Of a DNA stretch of 64,000 nt, positions 19,426 to 28,635 are shown piece by piece. Under the pieces are notes generated by a model. That model ran no database searches. It had not been told where the DNA came from and saw only the letters and a list, made by a program, of their open reading frames with translations. This stretch comes from an uncultured candidate division Zixibacteria bacterium. Lineage in GTDB: Bacteria > Zixibacteria > MSB-5A5 > GN15 > FEB-12. Within the stretch, counting starts at the first letter, position 1; every line of letters starts with the position of its first letter. Made by a program: the position numbers and the translations under genes. The stretch lies in NCBI GenBank assembly GCA_963664195.1, contig OY760907.1, positions 1,696,001 to 1,760,000 on the forward strand, in the 5' to 3' direction.

Positions 19426-20662
19426 ATGAGAGTATTGATAATCGGCGGTACTCGGTTTATGGGGCCGCATATTGTAAACGAATTGACCGACGGGGGCCAC
19501 GAAGTCACGGTGTTGCATCGCGGCAACACACCGGCCGTTCTTCCCGAAGGCGCGAAGGAGATTCTCGGTGACCGCAACCGGCTGGTCGATCTCAAACCGC
19601 AGATCAAGAAACTTGGTCCAGATGTTGTCCTCGATATGGTGCTCCTTAACGAACGGCAGGCTCGCGAGATGGTGGGTGTGCTCTCAGGTATCGCCGGGCG
19701 GCTGGTGGTGGCCTCAAGTTGCGATGTCTATCATGCCTATGGTATGCTGAACGGTCTGGAGACAGGCCCGGCAACGAGCGGCCGCATTACCGAGGACTCA
19801 CCGCTGCGTCAGAAACTGCACCCGTATCGTGCGATGGCCGAAGATGAAAACCACCCGCTCTACGATTACGACAAGATTCCGGCCGAACAGGCTGTCATGT
19901 CCGCTGCCGGTCTTCCGGGCACCGTGCTTCGTCTGCCGGTGGTCTACGGTCCCAACGACTACCAACATCGATTGGCCGAGCACCTTCGGCGAATGATTGA
20001 CAACCGCCCTGCGATTCTCATGGGCAAAGCCCAGGCTGACTGGACGATAGTGCGCGGCTACTCCGAAAACTGCGCTCACGCCTTCAGTGGTGCCATCACC
20101 GATTTCATAGCCGCCGGCCGCATCTACAACGTGGGCGAACCGACCGCCTATTCAGAGAGAGCCTGGGCTGAGGGCGTGGCCGCAGCAGTCGGATGGAAAG
20201 GGGAGATCGTCACTCTCGACCGTGATCTACTACCCGAGCATTTGAAAGATGACACGCACTACGAACACAACCTTAGATCGTGCGCTACGAAGAGGTTGCC
20301 GTGCGCATTTTGTTTCTGATCTCCTCAAACTCCGTCCACTTTTCTCGGAAGCCTTTGTCAGCAAAAGACTCGCTGAAATACTTTTGGTAGTTGTCTGCAA
20401 GTCTTCCTTCAATTCCTTAATAGCCTCCGTTGTTTCCCGTAGTGCCGCAATTCCTTCGTCACGAAGCCACTGGATTGCTTATAAACGATCTCCCCGAGTT
20501 CACCAAAGTCAATCAAATAGGCGCTGTTTTCCACAAGTTTGCGAGCGGGTCGATTTCGATGAAGCCCTGTTACGGACCATCGCGTGGGAGCGTGAAAACC
20601 TGCCCGAGAGTACTGATATCGAGAAGCACTACGCGGCCGAAGATCAGGCGTTGAAGAAGTAA
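19426..20662 (+). pseudogene. NAD-dependent epimerase/dehydratase interrupted by about 265 bp of foreign sequence
   Basis: GGTRFMG, YxxxK-like YDYDK and LRLPVVYGP. The frame breaks after ..HYEHNL (~20274). A family-like tail ERVDFDEALLRTIAWEREN resumes in another frame at ~20543. Confidence 0.75.
20275..20540 (-). pseudogene. Frameshifted fragment of a HEPN-like protein
   Basis: The reverse strand reads, across three frameshifts, ENSAYLIDFGELGEIVYKQSSGFVTKE / ETTEAIKELKEDLQ / NYQKYFSESFADKGFREKWTEFEEIRNK / AHGNLF, giving an RNKxAH motif. Confidence 0.55.
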
Positions 20663-20739
20663 ATTTTGTAGGGCGGGTCTGCCGTCAGACCTGTGATTGC
20701 CCGCGCAGCGAGCATCGTTGACACGAATAACAACGAGAC

Positions 20740-20772
20740 AAAAAAAGGAGACTGAAAAATCAGTCTCCTTTT
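20740..20772. terminator. Bidirectional intrinsic terminator
   Basis: A7-GGAGACTGA-AAAA-TCAGTCTCC-T4 between convergent genes. Confidence 0.85.
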
Positions 20773-20808
20773 AGATTCTGTCACGAGGACAGACTCAGAT
20801 CTGGTGGT

Positions 20809-21123
20809 TTACCAGTTTCTGCGTCCGCCGCCGCCACCGCCACCGCGATTACCACCACGGCCACCACCACCGCCACGGTCAGTGCGCGGCTTGGCTTCGT
20901 TGACATTCAACGAGCGTCCACCAAGATCCTGGCCGTTCAGTCCGCTGATAGCGGCTGTGGCTTCGTCCTGGTTCGGCATTTCCACGAAAGCAAACCCTCT
21001 CGGGTCACCCGTGAACTTGTCTGTGATAACGTTGACACTTGAAACTTCGCCGAAGTTTTCAAACGCCTGACGCAGCTCGTCTTCCGTCGCCTGGTACGAC
21101 AGGTTGCCAATGTAGATGTTCAT
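20809..21123 (-). CDS. RRM (RNP-1) RNA-binding protein with a Gly/Arg-rich tail
   Basis: RNP2 IYIGNL, RNP1 RGFAFVEM and VNEAKPR. Confidence 0.95.
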   Translation of the reverse strand: MNIYIGNLSYQATEDELRQAFENFGEVSSVNVITDKFTGDPRGFAFVEMPNQDEATAAISGLNGQDLGGRSLNVNEAKPRTDRGGGGGRGGNRGGGGGGGRRNW

Positions 21124-21307
21124 TCTACACTCCGATTTTGTTCATCCCAAAATGAAACCTTAACCCAACGGATTTGTGGTCATCGAGATAAACCCGTTAA
21201 TGCGCACTATTGCGCTCTTGGCTCCGAGTTTTGCCTTATTCAGAGATTTGTTTGTGATGAACAAAGTCTTGAGAAAAGGGGTGGCCGAAACCTCTATGTC
21301 ACTAGCT

Positions 21308-21336
21308 AGCATATCTTTTCAAAAAACGAAAGTCAA
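21308..21336 (-). promoter_or_regulatory. Sigma70-like promoter of the RRM gene
   Basis: Minus strand TTGACT-17 bp-TATGCT. Confidence 0.6.
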
Positions 21337-21469
21337 TAGTATTATTTACGATACGAGGCAATCACCCTGATGTTTGCTTCTGATTATCGACTCTACAACG
21401 CTCCAGACCCTGCAAAATGATCCCGCAACCGGACAAAAATGCCATTTTTTGGCCTGGTTGGAGCGATTT

Positions 21470-22180
21470 TCACTCATCCGACCCCGATTTGCCGGTTTCC
21501 ACCACTAACTTGAACCCTTTGCCTCGGATATTGAGGATTTCGATGCGGGGGTCATCCTTGAGATATTTCCGCAGTTTTGACACGAATACATCCATACTGC
21601 GGCCGCTGAAATACGTGTCATCTCCCCAAATCTTTCGTAGGGCGACACTTCGATCAAGCGTCTGATTTCGGTAAAGACACAGCATCCGAAGCAATTCCGC
21701 CTCACGGGCTGTGAGTGTAAGCTCGGTAACCACGCCTCTCAGTGTCTGGGCCGCGCTGTCAAACGCATAATGACCGATCTCAAACGATACCTGTCCGCCG
21801 GTGCCCTGGGCGCCTTTGGATCTCTTTAACACTGCCTGTACCCGAAGGATCAACTCCTCGACACTAAACGGTTTGGTGATGTAATCATCGCAGCCGATTT
21901 TGAACCCCTCGATCTTGTCTTCCTGCAACGATTTGGCCGTCAGGAAGATCAGCGGCGTATCGCTGTCTTTCAACCTGACCGTGCGCGCGAACGCAAACCC
22001 GTCCATCTTGGGCATCATGATATCGACCAGACAGAGATCAAACTCCTCGCTATCGAACTTGTCGACCCCGGCCACACCATCGGTGCAAAGCGCAACCTCG
22101 TAGCCGTTCATCTGGAGGTGCTCGCGGACGATTGCCCCCAGGTTGGGATCATCTTCAAGCAACAGTATCCGGTGTTTCAT
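21470..22180 (-). CDS. OmpR/PhoB-family response regulator
   Basis: LLEDD, DIMMP.MDG, FLTAK, DDYITKPF and a winged helix (LT.RE, RSMDV....LRK, RGKGF). Confidence 0.93.
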   Translation of the reverse strand: MKHRILLLEDDPNLGAIVREHLQMNGYEVALCTDGVAGVDKFDSEEFDLCLVDIMMPKMDGFAFARTVRLKDSDTPLIFLTAKSLQEDKIEGFKIGCDDYITKPFSVEELILRVQAVLKRSKGAQGTGGQVSFEIGHYAFDSAAQTLRGVVTELTLTAREAELLRMLCLYRNQTLDRSVALRKIWGDDTYFSGRSMDVFVSKLRKYLKDDPRIEILNIRGKGFKLVVETGKSGSDE

Positions 22181-22197
22181 TGCATTTCCAGCCTGCA

Positions 22198-23874
22198 TCA
22201 AGCCTCCGCCAACGGCAGGATGACCTCTACTCGCGTTCCTTCACCCGGTTTGCTCCTGAGTGACACCTTGCCGCCGTGCGCCTCGACCATGACCTTAACA
22301 TAACTCAACCCCAGCCCGAATCCCTTTACGTTGTGCACATTGCCGGTGGAAACGCGGTAGTATTTGTCGAACACGGATTTCATATCCTCGCTGCTGATTC
22401 CTACTCCACGGTCTGAAATCTGGATTACCACGGACTTGTCACCGTTTTTGCTCGATACGTCGATGATCGGTTCATCTGGGGAGTACTTCACGGCATTGTC
22501 AAGCAGGTTATGAATGATATTCGAGATATGCACCGGATCGCCGACGACCACATGATTGTCAGCGTTGAGATTCTGAGAGACGCGACCGCCCCTGGCCTCG
22601 ATTTTCAGAGACAGATTCGCGAGCGCATGCTCTATCGCCTCGTGGACGTCGACCGGCTCCTGCGCCAATTCAAAGTCCTTGCCGCCCATCGCCGCCATTT
22701 GAAGTATCTTATCGGTCTGGCCTCGCATCCGAAGGTTCTCCTCCCGGATCATCTGTGCGAATCGGGACAGCTTCTCCTTGTCGGCCTGAACATCCGGTCG
22801 TGCTATAGCGTCGCAGGCAAGCGCGACTGTCGATATCGGCGTCTTGAATTCGTGAGTCATGTTGTTGACGAAATCCACCATGAGCGAGGCGTGCCGTCTC
22901 TGTGCAATGATCGTCCTGATCGTGTAGACAAAGCAATAGACAATGATCAACATGAATGCGACCATCGGAATCAACAGGGGACCGACCTGCTTCCATATCA
23001 ACGCCCTGCTACCGGGGAAATATACCTTCAGGTCAGACTGCGGTGCGACAAAGTCGTAAGGGAAAAGTCTGGCGCTGAACTCTGACCGGAGAAGTTCTTC
23101 ACGATATTCTCCGGGCACTGGCCACAACTCATCGCTTCCGGCGCTCGTGGTGGTGAACGCATACTCCATATCTATCTCTCCCTGGGTGAACTTCTCCTTG
23201 AGCACGCTGTCGATAGTGGCGGAGTCCAGACGCTCCTGAATTGGGGGAGAATCCGTGGTCCAGATACTGTTCAATACCTGCTTGAGGAATACCATCCTGA
23301 CACTGTCAGCTTCAATTGTATCCAGGACCGTCAAAGGGTCTGAAGTCCGCATGTAGAAATAGCCGGTGTCAACATTAACCCGAACTCGATGTGAGCCGTC
23401 AGTCAGGCTGCTGCCGGTATCCTTGACAAAGTCTCCGTAGGTTCTGAACGTTTCCGAGGTAATGCGCCCCGAACTATCACCGACACTGATTATCACATTC
23501 TGCGACGCAGAAAGATCGAACCCGGTTTCGCCCTTGTTGTGTCTCATCGCCGCCATAGTGGAATCGGAGAACAGACGACGCTGGTGCAGCGTTGTGTCAC
23601 TGCCTCCACTGTCAGCAATAATCTCGGTCATGACAGTGATATTATCCGGTCGAGTTGTCGAGTCGCAGGCGACCGTGATTGCAGTCATCACCGCCTCGCG
23701 GGCCTGAAGAGCGTTGACGGCCTCACCCAGCGCGTTGGCGACATTGCGGCGGAACGTCTGTTGTTTCAACTCCATAGCGCTGTTGAGCAGGAATATCTGC
23801 AACAGCATGAGACCCGAAAGTGAAACCAGAATCAGCCCCACGATGATACGCACGTTTTTTCGAGAGAGCGCCAT
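22198..23874 (-). CDS. Membrane sensor histidine kinase
   Basis: Two TMs, H-box THEFKTP, N-box NLLDNAVKYS, D.GVG and GFGLGL. Confidence 0.93.
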   Translation of the reverse strand: MALSRKNVRIIVGLILVSLSGLMLLQIFLLNSAMELKQQTFRRNVANALGEAVNALQAREAVMTAITVACDSTTRPDNITVMTEIIADSGGSDTTLHQRRLFSDSTMAAMRHNKGETGFDLSASQNVIISVGDSSGRITSETFRTYGDFVKDTGSSLTDGSHRVRVNVDTGYFYMRTSDPLTVLDTIEADSVRMVFLKQVLNSIWTTDSPPIQERLDSATIDSVLKEKFTQGEIDMEYAFTTTSAGSDELWPVPGEYREELLRSEFSARLFPYDFVAPQSDLKVYFPGSRALIWKQVGPLLIPMVAFMLIIVYCFVYTIRTIIAQRRHASLMVDFVNNMTHEFKTPISTVALACDAIARPDVQADKEKLSRFAQMIREENLRMRGQTDKILQMAAMGGKDFELAQEPVDVHEAIEHALANLSLKIEARGGRVSQNLNADNHVVVGDPVHISNIIHNLLDNAVKYSPDEPIIDVSSKNGDKSVVIQISDRGVGISSEDMKSVFDKYYRVSTGNVHNVKGFGLGLSYVKVMVEAHGGKVSLRSKPGEGTRVEVILPLAEA

Positions 23875-23914
23875 GCTACCAATATAGGCAATCCCGATCC
23901 CCGCAACACCCCTA

Positions 23915-23950
23915 TTAACACACGTTAACATTTCTTAGCACTGCTTAACT
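23915..23950. promoter_or_regulatory. Four TTAACA-like direct repeats at 10-bp period (candidate OmpR-family operator)
   Basis: TTAACA at 23915, TTAACA at 23925, TTAGCA at 23935 and TTAACT at 23945, in the divergent intergenic region. Confidence 0.7.
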
Positions 23951-24030
23951 CGGCGAAGAGCAACTCTGGATTTATCAATACAGTACAAGAACCTGTAAAC
24001 AACACATGACAGGAACCAAGGGAGATTCCA

Positions 24031-24789
24031 ATGACCGCTTTCAACCCTACCTTCAGACAGAAATCAATGCTGTTCATTGTTACGCTTATTTTCCTGATGC
24101 CTGCGGCCAACGTCTGCAGTCAGATCTACGGGGGAAAGACGACTGGCCCTAACGAAGTATTCATGCTTCCGGAACTTGGCGCGCTCATAGGCCCCTCTCC
24201 GGACGGCCTCACGATTATGATGGTTATGCCCGGGGATCACCGAGCGGAAGCCTACAAGAAAACTGACCTTAAACAAGGTGACCTCATCAAGATGGTCAAC
24301 GGCAAGGGCGTCAAGACCTGCAAAGACCTGCAAGCTGTCTATGATGCCCTCAAAGTCGGCGACGAGCTCAAGCTTGGGATCAAGCGCGACAAGGGTCTGA
24401 TGATCGTATCGCTCGACAAAGCCGACGCCGATGACCTTCCTGCACAGATGGTGATGACAACCTCAGAAATCGGCAGCTCCGACGTGGCCGCGACAATGAT
24501 AGATGCCGGCATTCTGCTGGACGAAAAAGACGGCATAATCACAGTCGGCGATGTTATCGATGCCATCCCGGTCGCATTCGAGGACGAAAAACCGGCCAAG
24601 GGTGATGTTCTGCTTGAGATTCAGGGAATGAAGGTCGACGGTTCGGACTCGATTGAGAAGCTCTGGTCCGAGGTTGAGCCGGGCACGAAGGCCGAACTGA
24701 CGCTTGACCGCGGCGGCAGGGAAGTCATCGTTAGATTTCTGCGCGAAAGCGTTTCGATACAGACTGAAACACAAACGATCGTACAGTGA
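24031..24789 (+). CDS. Secreted tandem-PDZ protein
   Basis: Signal peptide and two PDZ-like units (LKQGDLI..VNG and KGDVLLEIQG...R.G). No protease domain. Confidence 0.8.
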   Translation: MTAFNPTFRQKSMLFIVTLIFLMPAANVCSQIYGGKTTGPNEVFMLPELGALIGPSPDGLTIMMVMPGDHRAEAYKKTDLKQGDLIKMVNGKGVKTCKDLQAVYDALKVGDELKLGIKRDKGLMIVSLDKADADDLPAQMVMTTSEIGSSDVAATMIDAGILLDEKDGIITVGDVIDAIPVAFEDEKPAKGDVLLEIQGMKVDGSDSIEKLWSEVEPGTKAELTLDRGGREVIVRFLRESVSIQTETQTIVQ

Positions 24790-24797
24790 GGACAAAT

Positions 24798-26300
24798 ATG
24801 CCCCGCACCTTCGCCAAAGCCGTTTTGGGGGCGCTGCTTCTGATACTAGTAACGGCATCCGTGACGTCGGCTCAATACAATTCGTTCAATCAGCGAGACG
24901 ATCAGTACCGTTTGCTGGGACTCCGGCGGGCTAAAGAAGCATACGAGGTCGCCCGGGCAGAATACGAGCGGCAGCAGGTGTTGTTCGACAAGCGGCTGAT
25001 TACCCAGGTGGAATACGATCGGGCGAAAAACGTCTACGCTGACGCCGAAGTCAACTACCAGCAATCGTTGCTGGCGGTAGTGTTCGAAGACCAGTACATC
25101 TCGGTAGTATCAGCCGTGAAGTATCATGCCGAGGACGGCACAAAACGCGTCAAGCTCACACTCGCCAATGCCTCGGGCGGCACCGAGGAATTCCAGAACC
25201 TGATTGATTTCAACGACGAGCTTTTTCGGTCGCTTCAGCCTGATATGATTCACAACGTGTACGTGTCGCTGCTCAACGACGATAATGCCATCATCAGCCA
25301 ACCGTACGAATGCAAGATATCTGAGCTTCGCTACGGTTCCCCTCAGACGGTGGAGTTCAAACTGCTGCAGGATGTCGACGCCGTTTCAGTGTTTCTGATC
25401 TACGGCAACGGCAGCCAGCGGACGATGAAAATCTTTCTCCAAAAGGACGCCACCGTGAACAAAGTGGCGGTGCAGTCAGAGCAGTTTTCGCAGGAAGTGG
25501 AAATCGGCAAGACGGCCAACTACGATCTGAGGTTGGAGTTGTACAGCGGCGTGAACAACACGTTTGCACTCGAAGTCGTGAATCTTCCTAAAGAAATCAG
25601 CCGGTTTATCAAGAACCCCACGGGCAACGTGCGCCTCAGACAGGTCAAATTCACCGAAAGCAGTCGCACCAAACGCGCCGTTCTGCAGATTACCCTTCCG
25701 GACCGTGCGGCGGGTCCGGTGATTATGGATGAGTCAATTCCGTTTTATGTCCTGGCGCTGCCGACCGAGCGAATGGGGGAGATTCCAGATCTTGCCACTC
25801 GTCAGTGGACCGAAGATGAATTGGACAAGCTCGATATCGGCTACGTGCGCCTGGAAATTCTCCCGCGCGGCAAGGGTGAGCTGGCCGTTCGTGCGCCTCA
25901 GCTTTTTCATTCGGTCATGGTCGGCGATACCGTCGAGTTCAGTCTCGATCTTACCAACGAAGGGAGCCATCGCCTCGACTACGTGGAAATCAAAGCCGAC
26001 CCTCCGCTCAACTGGACCAAAGAAATCGTCCCGACCACAGTCTCGAAACTTGACATCGGCGAGGAGTCACGGGTCACGCTTCGGTTTGTCCCGCCGGAGG
26101 ACGTTTCGGTCGGCAAGTACGAAATCCGTGTTTTTACTTCGGCCCTGTCCAACGGCCAGCCGATCTCGGGCACTGACAAAATCGCTACAATCGAAATCCG
26201 CGAATCGACCAATATCGCCGGCACTGCACTGCTCGTCCTGTTTATCGTGGGCGTGATCGGTACGATCGTAGCCTACGGCATACGTCTGACTCGAAAATGA
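24798..26300 (+). CDS. Secreted, C-terminally anchored protein: coiled hairpin plus Ig-like/NEW3 (NPCBM-associated) domain
   Basis: Signal peptide, MFP/TolC-like helical hairpin (EYERQQVLFDKRLITQVEYDRA), LTNEG...PP.NW...PPEDV.VGKY and a C-terminal TM followed by RK. Confidence 0.65.
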   Translation: MPRTFAKAVLGALLLILVTASVTSAQYNSFNQRDDQYRLLGLRRAKEAYEVARAEYERQQVLFDKRLITQVEYDRAKNVYADAEVNYQQSLLAVVFEDQYISVVSAVKYHAEDGTKRVKLTLANASGGTEEFQNLIDFNDELFRSLQPDMIHNVYVSLLNDDNAIISQPYECKISELRYGSPQTVEFKLLQDVDAVSVFLIYGNGSQRTMKIFLQKDATVNKVAVQSEQFSQEVEIGKTANYDLRLELYSGVNNTFALEVVNLPKEISRFIKNPTGNVRLRQVKFTESSRTKRAVLQITLPDRAAGPVIMDESIPFYVLALPTERMGEIPDLATRQWTEDELDKLDIGYVRLEILPRGKGELAVRAPQLFHSVMVGDTVEFSLDLTNEGSHRLDYVEIKADPPLNWTKEIVPTTVSKLDIGEESRVTLRFVPPEDVSVGKYEIRVFTSALSNGQPISGTDKIATIEIRESTNIAGTALLVLFIVGVIGTIVAYGIRLTRK

Positions 26301-26333
26301 TAATCTCGAACCGCATGATAGTGAGGTAAACAA

Positions 26334-27110
26334 GTGAGCGACCTGACAGCAACCATCAGCCCTGCCCTCGAAGCGGATAACTTGACCAAACGATACGAGG
26401 ACGGCGTCCTTGCTCTCGACCATGTATCGTTTGCCGTGAACCCGGGGCACATTTATACGATTCTCGGAGCCAATGGCGCGGGCAAAACTACTACCATAAA
26501 TCTCTTCTTGAATTTCATTGATCCAACTGAGGGGGAGGCGAGAATAAACGGCATCGCCAGCCACCGCGATCCGCTGAAGGCCAAAGAGGGCGTGGCGTTT
26601 GTATCGGAGAACGTCATGTTGTACCCCAACTTCACGGCGTTGCAGAATCTGGATTTCTTCACCCGGCTCGGAGGAAGAACAGATTACACGGCCGACCACT
26701 ACCGCGATGTTCTCCTTCGCGTTGGACTTCCTGAAACTGTACATCAAAAACGCCTGAAAGGCTTCTCAAAAGGGATGCGACAGAAATGCGGAATTGCAAT
26801 CGCAATCCTCAAAGACTCTCCGGCTATCCTCTTGGACGAGCCGACCTCCGGTCTTGACCCAAAAGCGGGACATGATTTCATTACGCTCTTGAACACGCTC
26901 CGAAGCGAGAACAAAGCCATCCTCATGTCGACCCATGACATTTTCCGTGCCAAAGAAATTTCCGACACAGTGGCAATTATGAATCGCGGCCAGATGGTGA
27001 TGCAGGAGTCCGCCGGGCAAATCGCCGGCAAGGACCTTGAACAGCTTTACATGCAGTACATGGCCGGTGGCGACGGGCTGGCCGCGGAGATGGGAGCAGC
27101 ACGTGCTTAA
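26334..27110 (+). CDS. ABC ATPase (ABC-2/drug-export type)
   Basis: GANGAGKT, FSKGMRQK and LDEPTSGLDP. Confidence 0.92.
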   Translation: MSDLTATISPALEADNLTKRYEDGVLALDHVSFAVNPGHIYTILGANGAGKTTTINLFLNFIDPTEGEARINGIASHRDPLKAKEGVAFVSENVMLYPNFTALQNLDFFTRLGGRTDYTADHYRDVLLRVGLPETVHQKRLKGFSKGMRQKCGIAIAILKDSPAILLDEPTSGLDPKAGHDFITLLNTLRSENKAILMSTHDIFRAKEISDTVAIMNRGQMVMQESAGQIAGKDLEQLYMQYMAGGDGLAAEMGAARA

Positions 27111-28560
27111 GACCATCATCGAAAAGGAGTTTCGTGACCTGCTCGGCTCCACGAAATTCATCGTGACGTTTGCCGTGTGTGCCCTGCTGATTGTGATCGC
27201 CTTCTACACCGGTGCAGCCCGACACCGGATGTATCAGTCGCAATACGAGGCAGCCCAGGCTGAACGCGTCCGATCCATCGAAGGTCTCACCGATTGGCAT
27301 GATCTGGGCGACACGCGAGTGTTTATTCCGCCGCAACCTCTGGCCTCTCTCGTAACCGGTGTCTCTAACGATATCGAACGTACGGCCACCGTCGGCGGTC
27401 GAGGAGGGATCGGCACCGAGGACAGCAGATACAACGAAGACCCAGTGTTTGCGATATTCAGGTTCATTGATCTGGAGTTCGTTTTCAAAATCGTGCTGTC
27501 GCTGTTTGCAATCCTACTTGGATACAACGCTGTCAGCGGAGAGAAGGAGCGCGGCACGTTACGGTTGTCGTTCGCCAACCCGCTGCCAAGATCGACCTAC
27601 ATCCTCGGCAAACTGATCGGCAACGGTGTGGCCCTTTCGGCGGCGGTGCTTGTTGCGATCGGAGCGGGGACGTTGCTGTATCCGCTGATGGGTATACAAT
27701 TCTCCGGCCAGGAATGGCTCCGGTTGCTTCTTGTTGTTGGTGTCGGTTTGCTGTATTTCGGGGTGTTTCTCAACCTCTCGATATTCGTGTCGGCATCAAC
27801 CAAACATACTTCCAGCTCTTTCCTCGTTCTGCTGGTCATCTGGCTGATGTGTATTCATATTGTGCCGGGCGCTTCGGTACTTCTTGCCGCGCGTTCTGTG
27901 GATGTTCCGTCGACGGATGAGATCAGTTTTCAAAAGGCGACCCTCTCCGCCCAGCTTGCCGACGAGTTCCACGAGGGCATGGCGGCAATGGATATTGGCA
28001 ATGTCACCGCGGAGATGGACATTACGACCCTAATCAATTCACACATGGACTCCCTGAGTGAAGATCGCGATCGCAAAATGCAGGCGCTGGCCTCGCGGCT
28101 CGGAGAGGAACGCAAGAACGCCCAGCAGGAACAGGAATCACTGGCCTTTTCTCTGGCACGCATATCCCCGGCGACTTCATTGACCCTGGCGGCCTCACAC
28201 CTGGCAGGAACGTCGACACAACTCAAAAACCAGTTCGCTGCGGAAGCCAAACAGTTTCAGGGAGAGTACGCCGCTTTCATGAAGGAGAAGACCGGCCTTG
28301 CGACCGGCGGAGGGCTGGTCATACGAACTACCGAAACGACCATCGATGAGCACGGCAACATCGTTACCACACAGGGTATGGGTGACCGGGAAAAACCAGA
28401 GCAACTCGATTTCAAAGAGATCCCGGGATTCAAGTTCACCAACGCCAGCCTGTCCGAGTCGGTGGAACCTGCGATTGTCGATTTCGGACTACTTGCGATT
28501 TTCAATCTCTTGTTTTTTGCCTGTGCCTTTGTGGCCTTCAACCGGTATGACCTGAGATAG
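27103..28560 (+). CDS. ABC-2-type permease with large extracytoplasmic loops
   Basis: KEFRD, AVSGEKERGTLRL...P.PRS...GK and C-terminal F.RYDLR. Confidence 0.88.
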   Translation: MLKTIIEKEFRDLLGSTKFIVTFAVCALLIVIAFYTGAARHRMYQSQYEAAQAERVRSIEGLTDWHDLGDTRVFIPPQPLASLVTGVSNDIERTATVGGRGGIGTEDSRYNEDPVFAIFRFIDLEFVFKIVLSLFAILLGYNAVSGEKERGTLRLSFANPLPRSTYILGKLIGNGVALSAAVLVAIGAGTLLYPLMGIQFSGQEWLRLLLVVGVGLLYFGVFLNLSIFVSASTKHTSSSFLVLLVIWLMCIHIVPGASVLLAARSVDVPSTDEISFQKATLSAQLADEFHEGMAAMDIGNVTAEMDITTLINSHMDSLSEDRDRKMQALASRLGEERKNAQQEQESLAFSLARISPATSLTLAASHLAGTSTQLKNQFAAEAKQFQGEYAAFMKEKTGLATGGGLVIRTTETTIDEHGNIVTTQGMGDREKPEQLDFKEIPGFKFTNASLSESVEPAIVDFGLLAIFNLLFFACAFVAFNRYDLR

Positions 28561-28635
28561 TATGCTGTTGAATTAGTCACACTGACAGACGAGTCTGTGG
28601 GCTTGTCGAAGTGTGGACCGATACTGGAGAGACAA

